Positions 1 to 7,725 of a stretch of DNA of 64,000 nucleotides are shown one piece after another. The stretch is from the NCBI GenBank assembly GCA_022844165.1, contig JALHMH010000022.1, positions 1-64,000 on the forward strand, in the 5' to 3' direction. The DNA is from Lysobacterales bacterium (GTDB lineage: Bacteria; Pseudomonadota; Gammaproteobacteria; Xanthomonadales; SZUA-5). Made by a program: the position numbers and the translations under genes. Each line of letters opens with the position of its first letter. Within the stretch, counting starts at the first letter, position 1. The notes below the pieces were generated by a model. The model worked only from the letters and a program-made list of their open reading frames with translations. It did not search any database and was not told the DNA's origin.

Positions 1-118
1 CGACGCTGAAGGCGAAGGACATCGACAGCTTGCTGCCGATGAATTGGAAGCCAGCGGAATGACAAACGACTGCTTGATCCGTCGACGTCTGACTAGATGT
101 GCGGCGTCGGACGGATAC
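1..118 (+). mobile_element. Right end of an IS66-family insertion sequence (transposase C-terminus plus right terminal inverted repeat)
   Basis: Frame 3 from position 3 reads TLKAKDIDSLLPMNWKPAE* (stop 60-62), matching the IS66 TnpC C-terminal pattern IDxLLPWNW. It is followed by GGACGGATAC at 109-118, whose reverse complement GTATCCGTCC resembles an IS66 terminus. Confidence 0.75.
3..62 (+). CDS. IS66 transposase, last 19 residues (5'-partial)
   Basis: Manual translation TLKAKDIDSLLPMNWKPAE*. Confidence 0.7.
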   Translation, partial: TLKAKDIDSLLPMNWKPAE

Positions 119-237
119 GTTTTTCCACACGAAATCACACTGGGCCTCGCCTGTCTGGTTGGAATGGGAACTCCGGAATCAGAAAAAAACTCAGCGAACG
201 ACCTCGTACCTCGGCGGAGTAGAGCACGGAGGTACTT

Positions 238-522
238 TCAGAGTGGAGACCAGACCCCGGTCGCGGGCTCCCGCTCCGCAATAACAGTGATGATTCGTCC
301 GCGCCAAATGCCCTCATCCGAGGGAGCCACTACTTCGATAAAGGCTCGAAGATCACCGTCCGAAACGGGTAACCGTAGCCCTGCAAACAATGACACTTGG
401 AGAACCTGCAAGTCGCGGACCGTTCCCGCACAATTAAGGCGAATGCACCCGTCTCGATCAAAGTTATTGAAGTCCGCAAATATGACGGGCTGCCCAACCA
501 TTCCTTCATTGATCAATCCCAT
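238..522 (-). CDS. Small hypothetical protein, probable orphan immunity protein
   Basis: IFADFNNFDRDGCIRLNCAGTVRDL. It overlaps the stop of the toxin-tip remnant at 513-716 and lies in a low-GC array downstream of Rhs. Confidence 0.6.
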   Translation of the reverse strand: MGLINEGMVGQPVIFADFNNFDRDGCIRLNCAGTVRDLQVLQVSLFAGLRLPVSDGDLRAFIEVVAPSDEGIWRGRIITVIAEREPATGVWSPL

Positions 523-716
523 TGCGTACGCTCCGACTTAGGTACTGGATTTGCGCGGGATGGAGTCAAAAGGTCGCTTGCCTTCTGAGGCGACAACCCG
601 CTCACGGTTGCGTGTGTTGGGGACCTGCCGGCTGTAGCAGTAACTTCACCCCCAGCCGCGCGAATTGCACCTGCAGTTGTTACACCGACCTAGTTGTTTG
701 GGATGTTCTTACCCAT
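513..716 (-). pseudogene. Orphan polymorphic-toxin C-terminal remnant with an internal stop
   Basis: Manual translation MGKNIPNN*VGVTTAGAIRAAGGEVTATAGRSPTHATVSGLSPQKASDLLTPSRANPVPKSERTQWD*, with in-frame TAG at 690-692. Resembles Rhs/CDI toxin tips; the downstream gene overlaps its stop. Confidence 0.6.
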
Positions 717-728
717 ATCGCCAACAAA

Positions 729-1241
729 TTAGCGCTCGGCGAACCAATCAACGACTTCCAAAGCCATGTTCGGTGACGTCATCTCGAGAATTGCCTCCGC
801 AAGTGCGTGATGTCCCTTGGCCGCCGAAATCGCTGCTAACGCACAAGCTGCGTACTCAGGTGTCCAAGGTCTCGTCGCAGTCTTCGCCACGATCTCGGGT
901 AGTCGTCCAAGCGCTGCGAAGTACCCTTCTTTGAGATCGTCCGGAATCTCTTTCGCACTTCTCGCACGACAGATTTCTACCCACGCAGGGAACTGAAAGT
1001 ACGACTCGTCTACCAGTGTCGGAGCAGATGCGAGTGACGCAATCACATGTGGTACGGCTGCAAACGAGGCCGAATACACGTCACCCTGGTGTGCAAGTGC
1101 ACTCCAAAGCGTAAACCAAGGCTCATTGCGACCGCTTGATTCGGGACACTCGCGCAGCTGTAGCAGCAGTGCTGGTATGTCGCCCGCCCGGCCATAGGCA
1201 TGTTGGAGCTCATTCCATCGCGGACTTTGCAGACTTAACAT
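729..1241 (-). CDS. Hypothetical helical protein, probable orphan immunity protein
   Basis: 170 aa; WxxLxHAYGxAxDIPxLL...LAHQGDVYSASFAAVPH pattern; located in the Rhs downstream array. Confidence 0.7.
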   Translation of the reverse strand: MLSLQSPRWNELQHAYGRAGDIPALLLQLRECPESSGRNEPWFTLWSALAHQGDVYSASFAAVPHVIASLASAPTLVDESYFQFPAWVEICRARSAKEIPDDLKEGYFAALGRLPEIVAKTATRPWTPEYAACALAAISAAKGHHALAEAILEMTSPNMALEVVDWFAER

Positions 1242-1248
1242 GGTTGCG

Positions 1249-1416
1249 CTACCTGGCTTTCTGAAGGGGCTGCATTCGAATAGACCAGCAGATTACTTCA
1301 AGAACATCGTCTTGCAGCGGAACAACGAAGTGCTTCGCCGGTTCGAGAAATCGGGCGCCGTGATCGCCTTTTTTCGATGCCGCGCTCAGATCAAGATAGC
1401 CTTCGATTTCATTCAC
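1249..1416 (-). pseudogene. 3' fragment of an immunity-like gene
   Basis: Manual translation VNEIEGYLDLSAASKKGDHGARFLEPAKHFVVPLQDDVLEVICWSIRMQPLQKAR*. HFVVPLQDDVLEVIC resembles the ends of small immunity proteins; an in-frame stop lies just upstream. Confidence 0.35.
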
Positions 1417-1460
1417 TCCGAGACGACAACTCGCTTACGGTTGCCTGAGTTGGAGACCTA

Positions 1461-2069
1461 TCAATCCGCCACTCTCAGCGAGACCTTCGTCCCGTCCGGA
1501 AAATCCCTGATTTGATTTGCAAATGATGCGCGTTGCTTCATCCCCTGGACCGAATCAATGGCATAGAGATTCTCTAAGTCGAAGGCACCTCCAAGCACAA
1601 ACGGCGTTTTCGGCACTAGTCGCTCTTCCGGCCCAAGCGGCCCGTGTTCGGTTTGCCAAGCTCGCGCGATGGCATGGCCCGTGAGCACCCGCCAATCTTC
1701 AAGAATTTGGGTGGCGAGCGACTCAAGATTGTTGGCGACTTTGCTCAGTGTCCCAGTCTCCGGGTCCAAATTGACGATTTCTTCATTCAAGAATCCGAAC
1801 TGGCATCCGAATACGTCCTCGGCGAAGCAGAAAGGCGCAGTCTCAAACCCGTAGTCGCCAATCCATAACCCTGGCTCGTTCCACTCGATAATGCCAATGT
1901 GCTGGCCAGACGAACGTATCGGACGGAAGTACAATGCTGATTCGAAAGCATAGAACCCATTGCGCGCTTTGAGCAGCCGCTTGAGGTCCTCGGGAAACCG
2001 CCCGTCGAACTCGATTCCTTCGGAGATCTCGGGTGAGGCAATGGACAGCAGTTTTTCTAGGGCGATCAT
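1461..2069 (-). CDS. SMI1/KNR4 (SUKH)-type immunity protein with DUF1851/Tdi1-like C-terminus; cognate immunity of the Rhs nuclease
   Basis: PEDLKRLLKARNGFYAFE, FAEDVFGCQF, DPETG and LVPKTPFVLGG motifs; ATGA overlap with the Rhs stop (2066-2069). Confidence 0.85.
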   Translation of the reverse strand: MIALEKLLSIASPEISEGIEFDGRFPEDLKRLLKARNGFYAFESALYFRPIRSSGQHIGIIEWNEPGLWIGDYGFETAPFCFAEDVFGCQFGFLNEEIVNLDPETGTLSKVANNLESLATQILEDWRVLTGHAIARAWQTEHGPLGPEERLVPKTPFVLGGAFDLENLYAIDSVQGMKQRASFANQIRDFPDGTKVSLRVAD

Positions 2070-5000
2070 AGGTTCTTCTTGTCCTCAACGACTATTCTGA
2101 CCTTTGCGTCATCAGGGAGGTTACGACACTGGGCGCCTACGCAAGCCCCAGCGCCTCTGTTGTCGCTTGAGTCTATCAAGCGGACGCTCGCTCCTTTTCC
2201 ACCTTCCTCGAACATCGCAGGAGGATACTCATCTCGATCTTTACCACTTTCAGTCTTGATTCCTGCGAGAGACTCCTTCCGGTTGGACGCTGCTCCGTCC
2301 CGCTTTATCGTCAGAACATCTGGCTTTCCCGCCGCCTGGGCATCTGCAATATGCTTAGCGGCTTCAGGGTACTTCTCTGCCGAGACAGTTACCAACACGG
2401 GATCAGCTGCTTTGTCCAACTTGTTGGCAGAACTCGCAACATCCACCACCTTATCCGCAGCCCTCGCGGTCGCGATGGTGGTTGCGACGCCGCCGGGTAT
2501 ACCGGGAACAATGGCGGCGGCGGTATCGGCGATGACACCTACTGCATCGACCGCCGCGCCAGCGACGTTCCCGGCCATGACGTTGGTGCCAAAGCTGACA
2601 AGGCCAACGCCAATATTGAAGACGTCCCAGGGGGTATCGACGACTCTGCCATTCGGATCGGTGTACCGATACGGATTGTTTCTGGCGTAAGCGTAGCGGT
2701 TGAAATCGCTGCCATCGGACTGCGGTGGGGCGGGGTCCATGCTGAGGAATCGGCCGATATCGCCGTCGTAGTAGCGGCCCTGCATGTACACCAGCTCGGT
2801 TTCGCTGTCGTGGCGGTGGCCGGTGAAACCGGGGCCGCTTAAGTTCGCGTCGAGGCTGCCGAAGGGTTCGTAGCGATAACGTTTGACCACGGCTTGCGCG
2901 GCATCGCTTTCGGCGATGACGGTGCCCAACAAATCGGTGTGCAGGAAGGTGTTTTGCTGCACCAGCGGCGTCAGGCTTTGCGTGTCGCGCCGTGCGATCA
3001 GGGTGTTGCCGTGGTAGTGATAGCTGCTGGCGAATGCGCCTGTGCTGCCGCCCTGACTGACGCCGCTGCCGGCCTCGAAACCGTTGCCGAAAATGCTCTC
3101 GGCTTGCGGCGCAAAACTGCGTTGCTCGTAGAGCATCTGGCCGCTCTGAGCGTACATGGTGCGCACGCGATCGCCGTTGGCGTAGGTCATTGTGGTGCGC
3201 CGGCCGCGACCGTCGTACTCGTAGCGCGCAATCGCGGCGTTGCCCTGGCGAACCTCGACCAAACGATTGGCGCGATCGAAGAGGAACTGCTGGCCGGACT
3301 TCTGCGTTTGATTGCCGCGCGCGTCGTAAGCAAAGCCGATCAGCGGCGTGCAGTTGTTGCTGATCGATTGCAGCTTCTCTTGATCGTAGGTGTAGCTATA
3401 ACGTTTGACGATCCCGGTGCCGAGAAATTGTGTGCGCAGATTGTCGGCGCCATCGTAGGTGAGCGTGCCTGGGCCCCAGTGGCCGTTCGCTTGGGTGAGC
3501 CGATCTTGCGCGTCGTAGCCGAGCGTGCGCGAGTTCGCGGTATCGACAAGATCGCCGATGTTCGTGAGGTTGCCGTTGGCATCGAAACTGTAGCTTTCGT
3601 CACGCAGGCTTCCGACAACGCTGCTACCGCTCATGCGCTCGTCGAGTATGCGCTGTGGCAGGCGACGCAGGTTCTGCTGCAGGGTGCGTCGCGCACCGTT
3701 GCCATAACGCCATCGATGCGCTTCGCCATTGGCGTGGTAGGTGGCGTCGCTCAACAAGGCGCCATGCTGGCGCGGCTGGCCGAGCGCATTGGGGTTGAAC
3801 GCATAGCTTTCGCCGTTCGGATAGGTGAGTGCGCTGCGCGCGCCGTGCTGGTCATAATCGTGCGCAATGCTGAAAGTGGCGAACGCAGTGCTCAGCTGCT
3901 CGGTCTTGGGCTGGCGCAGACTGGTGTAGGTGTACGTCCAGTTGCCGCCTGCGCTCTGTACCGTGTGCTGCAGGCCGTCGCCGGTGTAGCTGAAGGTGAC
4001 GTCCGGACTCGGCAGGCCGGACACTTCCGGGTAGTTCACATCGATCAGGCGACCGCGTTTGTTGTAAGCACGGAAAATGCGCTCGGCGTTGGGCACGTCG
4101 CGCGCCAGCAAACAGGTGGGCTGCTCAGCCCGGCCCTCAGCGCTCCAGACCATGCGGCTGGCGCCATCGTATTGCATCACCAAGGCGCGGGATTCGGGCT
4201 CCGTGAGTTGGCACAGGCGCTGCTCGGTGTCGTAGAGATACCGGCGCTGCGCGCTGTGACCGTTGCCGCTGCGGATGATGCGCATCGGCTTGCCGTAGAC
4301 ATCGCGCTCGGTGCTGGTGGTCGATTGTTCGGCGGCGGGTGCACCAAAGCCGCGGATCACTTCGATCGGGTGCTCGGTGCCTGGTGTGTCGAAGGCCTGG
4401 AAGCGGCTGCGGGTAACGTTGCCATTGCCGTTGATCTCTTCCAGCACAAACGGCGACAAGTAGTTCCAGGTGTGGGTGATCGCGCCCAGTTCGCTATCCG
4501 CCTGGGTTCGACGCAGGCGGCGCAGCCCATCGTATAAGCTGCGGCGGCCCTGGGTGAACGCAGCGTAATTGGCGGCCGTTGTCTGTGCATAACTTTCGAA
4601 GCGCAGTTCGCCGCGCGCGTCATAGCCTCTGGCGGTGAGGCGCGCTGTGGTCGCTTCGTCCGTGGAATCCCATTCGCGCTCGAGCAGCGGCCGCCACAGG
4701 CCGTCGAACCAGATATGTTTGCGATAGTTGCCGGTGGCGATGGTTTGTTTCCAGCTACCGATTGGCAAACCGAATTCGCTACCGGCGATCGGCGCGAAGG
4801 TGCGCGTCGTCGGTGCATAGGCGCTACCGGGATCTTGCGGATACGTGGTCGATGTGATGCGGCCCATCGAATCGTAACTGTGCGATGTGCTGTCGTTTTC
4901 CTCATCGGTGATCGAGGTGATCCAACCAAAGTTGTTCACGGTGGCGCTGCGCACCTTGCTATCGGCAAACTCGATGTTGCGCGGAATGCCGCGGTGCCAA

Positions 5001-6757
5001 TCCGTGAGTGTCGTGATCGAACCGACGCCATCGGCAATGGTGTGGACTCGGCCCGCTTGCTCGCCGCTCAGGTGGTAGGTGTAGGTACGGTCGCGGCGGC
5101 CAAAACGATAACTGTGTTGCGGCAGCCCGTTGGCGTCATACTCGGTTCGGGATGCCTCCACCCCATCGACCAGGGTGCGTGTGGGCAGACCGACGACCCA
5201 GAGATTCAGGAGGTCCTGATACTCGAGCGTTTCGGTTCGCGAGAAACCGTGCTTGCTCAGACGCAAGACCTGCGATGGTCGATAAAAGAACGGGTCAAAA
5301 CCGCTTGCTGTGCTGCTGAACAAGGTGCCATCGCGAAACAGGTTATTGACCGTTTGTGGCCGCGGATGTTCGCTGGCAAAACCATCGCCGCGTTCGCGCA
5401 ACGAGCGACCAATGCGCAACGTTGTCGGCGGACTTTGCGTCGGTAACTGGTAGGCCATGATCGTGTCTTCGAGCACGATCGGCGTGCTGGCGAAATAACT
5501 GCCGCGTTCCAACCTCAGTTGCTTGTCTTCGTTGTATTGATAGCTGTTGCCGAAGGTGTAGTTGTGATACTCGCGGTGTGTTTCTCCGGATACGTCGAGA
5601 AACTCGGGACCCAGTATCTCCGCGGTTGCGGTGCCGGCGCAGGCGGCGGCGAAACAGCCGGTGGTGTTAAAACTGCCTATGCCACTGCCGAAGGCATCGT
5701 CCCATTGCATCGCCGGCAGGCTGGGTCCGGACAGGTTCTTTTGTTTGACGCGCAGCACCACCGCCGTACGAGGCCAGAGCGGAAACTCCTCAAGCACATT
5801 GCCCAGACCGTCGCGGTATGCCAGACATACCCTCGGTACGTTGGTACGGCTCTGGTAGCCGTAGTTGACAACAAACGTCCCAACCGCACCAGACGGGTGC
5901 GTCATGGTGCCCGTGACGCTGGGCTCTGGTGTAGCGCTCGCAGGCAGACGGATGCCTTTGACGATCGGAAATCCGTCGCACAATGCCGGCCCTTCTACAC
6001 CGTAGCTAAGGTCAGCGTCGATCAGATCTTTGAGCTGGAAGGTCCAAAGCGCGCCATCGGGCTGCTCCACCTCGTCCAGATAGCGTCGCCCCGGCGTGGT
6101 GGTGTACCGGTACGTCCACACGCGTAGACCTTCACTGATCGTACTGATGAATCCGTCCAGGTTGTACGTGAAGCTCAGAGAACGGCCATCGCTGGCGACG
6201 ATACTGGTCAGTCGCCCGCGCTGCCGCGGACCATTGGCATAGGTGTAGGTGACTGTGTTATTGAAACGATCGCGCACCTCGGTGGCATAAAGAACGACCC
6301 GCCGCCGATTCAGCTGGCCCTGCAGCGTCGAATTGCTGTCCATGGGCCGCGCCACCTGCGTTTCGTAGAACTCCGCCTTGTGCGTGAAGCGATATTTTGT
6401 ACCCTCTGGTGTGATCGCCAGAAAGCCATCGCCGCCGTCGTTCGCAGCGCCGGGCAAGCACGAGATATAGCTATAACCGGGCGTGACCCAAACGTAACCG
6501 CCGGGTACGGGCGTACTCGGCTGTGGTTGGCCGGGTTCCGCCACCAAGAGCTCTCCGCCAGCGGGCATTTTGGCGTGCACGCCGGCCCAGAAGTCGTGCG
6601 CCTGGAACACCTCGCCGCCGGGCAGACGGAGCCCAAGCAAACGCCGATTCGATCGGCTTCGCAACACGATTCTCGCTCTGAAATCTCGCAAATTCTGACT
6701 GAGCGGGTTTGCGGCGACGGGCGATTGCCCCAGACGCACTCTCGATGCGAAATTCAC
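2066..6757 (-). CDS. Rhs/YD-repeat polymorphic toxin with C-terminal NucA/NucB-type deoxyribonuclease; true start uncertain, possibly 5'-truncated
   Basis: Many YD repeats; Rhs core GFTGHRHDSETELVYMQGRYYDGDIGRFLSMDP...NPYRYTDPNG; tip KYPEAAKHI..NRKESL..DRDEYPPAMFEEGGKGASVR..DNRGAG. Confidence 0.9.
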   Translation of the reverse strand: MNFASRVRLGQSPVAANPLSQNLRDFRARIVLRSRSNRRLLGLRLPGGEVFQAHDFWAGVHAKMPAGGELLVAEPGQPQPSTPVPGGYVWVTPGYSYISCLPGAANDGGDGFLAITPEGTKYRFTHKAEFYETQVARPMDSNSTLQGQLNRRRVVLYATEVRDRFNNTVTYTYANGPRQRGRLTSIVASDGRSLSFTYNLDGFISTISEGLRVWTYRYTTTPGRRYLDEVEQPDGALWTFQLKDLIDADLSYGVEGPALCDGFPIVKGIRLPASATPEPSVTGTMTHPSGAVGTFVVNYGYQSRTNVPRVCLAYRDGLGNVLEEFPLWPRTAVVLRVKQKNLSGPSLPAMQWDDAFGSGIGSFNTTGCFAAACAGTATAEILGPEFLDVSGETHREYHNYTFGNSYQYNEDKQLRLERGSYFASTPIVLEDTIMAYQLPTQSPPTTLRIGRSLRERGDGFASEHPRPQTVNNLFRDGTLFSSTASGFDPFFYRPSQVLRLSKHGFSRTETLEYQDLLNLWVVGLPTRTLVDGVEASRTEYDANGLPQHSYRFGRRDRTYTYHLSGEQAGRVHTIADGVGSITTLTDWHRGIPRNIEFADSKVRSATVNNFGWITSITDEENDSTSHSYDSMGRITSTTYPQDPGSAYAPTTRTFAPIAGSEFGLPIGSWKQTIATGNYRKHIWFDGLWRPLLEREWDSTDEATTARLTARGYDARGELRFESYAQTTAANYAAFTQGRRSLYDGLRRLRRTQADSELGAITHTWNYLSPFVLEEINGNGNVTRSRFQAFDTPGTEHPIEVIRGFGAPAAEQSTTSTERDVYGKPMRIIRSGNGHSAQRRYLYDTEQRLCQLTEPESRALVMQYDGASRMVWSAEGRAEQPTCLLARDVPNAERIFRAYNKRGRLIDVNYPEVSGLPSPDVTFSYTGDGLQHTVQSAGGNWTYTYTSLRQPKTEQLSTAFATFSIAHDYDQHGARSALTYPNGESYAFNPNALGQPRQHGALLSDATYHANGEAHRWRYGNGARRTLQQNLRRLPQRILDERMSGSSVVGSLRDESYSFDANGNLTNIGDLVDTANSRTLGYDAQDRLTQANGHWGPGTLTYDGADNLRTQFLGTGIVKRYSYTYDQEKLQSISNNCTPLIGFAYDARGNQTQKSGQQFLFDRANRLVEVRQGNAAIARYEYDGRGRRTTMTYANGDRVRTMYAQSGQMLYEQRSFAPQAESIFGNGFEAGSGVSQGGSTGAFASSYHYHGNTLIARRDTQSLTPLVQQNTFLHTDLLGTVIAESDAAQAVVKRYRYEPFGSLDANLSGPGFTGHRHDSETELVYMQGRYYDGDIGRFLSMDPAPPQSDGSDFNRYAYARNNPYRYTDPNGRVVDTPWDVFNIGVGLVSFGTNVMAGNVAGAAVDAVGVIADTAAAIVPGIPGGVATTIATARAADKVVDVASSANKLDKAADPVLVTVSAEKYPEAAKHIADAQAAGKPDVLTIKRDGAASNRKESLAGIKTESGKDRDEYPPAMFEEGGKGASVRLIDSSDNRGAGACVGAQCRNLPDDAKVRIVVEDKKNL

Positions 6758-6810
6758 TCGTCGCTAACGCGAGTTGTCACCTACTCTGGGGTTTGCTCCT
6801 TTCGCACGCC

Positions 6811-7626
6811 ATGCCCGAAGGTCCAGAAATTCGCCGTGCGGCGGACAAACTTCAAGAAGCGATTGTTGGCCAGCCGTTGCGTGCGGTGGAGTTCGCGTTC
6901 GCGCGCCTGAAGCACTTTGAGGACGAGCTGTGTGCGTCCACGATCACCGAAGTGGAAACGCGGGGCAAGGCGATGCTCACACATTTCGCCAACGGCTTGA
7001 GCGTCTATTCGCACAATCAGCTGTATGGCCGATGGTATGTCATCAAAGCCGGCAGAACCGCCAACACCAGGCGCTCGTTGCGTTTCGCCGTGCGCGGCGA
7101 GTCGCGTGAGGTGTTGCTCTATAGCGCGTCGGACATCGAAGTGCTCGACGACATCGGAATCGCAACCCATCCGTTCCTGCAAAAGCTCGGCCCTGACGTA
7201 TTGTCGACCACACTGTCGGAAGCCAGGACGCAACAGCAACTGCGCGATCGACGATTCCAACGCAGACGTTTGGCGGACGTGCTCCTCGATCAAGCCTTTT
7301 TCGCCGGCATCGGCAATTACCTGCGCTCGGAAATCCTGTTCCAGGCGCGCCTGCTGCCAACGCGAAAACTGGGCGAGCTTCGCAACGACGAACAAAACGA
7401 CCTGGCACGCGCCATCTTGCTGATCTGTCGACGCGCCTACCAACATGGCGGCGTCACCAACGATCTACAGCGAGCGGCTGAGTTGAAAGCAGCAGGATTG
7501 AGCTTCGGACAGCGTCGGCACGCCGTATTTCAGCGCGGCGCACAAGCTTGCTATCTCTGCCAGTCCATCATCGAACACGCCGAACTCAATCGCCGCGTGT
7601 TCTGGTGCCCATCCTGCCAACGTTGA
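6811..7626 (+). CDS. nei: Endonuclease VIII (Fpg/Nei DNA glycosylase)
   Basis: N-terminal MPEGPE; SHNQLYGRW; H2TH LLDQAFFAGIGNYLRSEIL; C-terminal zinc finger CYLC...CPSCQ. Confidence 0.92.
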   Translation: MPEGPEIRRAADKLQEAIVGQPLRAVEFAFARLKHFEDELCASTITEVETRGKAMLTHFANGLSVYSHNQLYGRWYVIKAGRTANTRRSLRFAVRGESREVLLYSASDIEVLDDIGIATHPFLQKLGPDVLSTTLSEARTQQQLRDRRFQRRRLADVLLDQAFFAGIGNYLRSEILFQARLLPTRKLGELRNDEQNDLARAILLICRRAYQHGGVTNDLQRAAELKAAGLSFGQRRHAVFQRGAQACYLCQSIIEHAELNRRVFWCPSCQR

Positions 7627-7725
7627 AGGGCATTCGCTCGTTCCTGCCAATACGCGACACACCAGCAGCGAATCGGGCGCGCCCCGGCTATTCTCCGTGA
7701 CCTCCGATTGACCTGGATGCCAGCT

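Noticed and set aside
2894-6127. Long plus-strand ORFs (547, 243 and 202 aa) opposite Rhs
   Set aside because: Antisense shadows caused by high-GC codon bias; no recognisable motifs.
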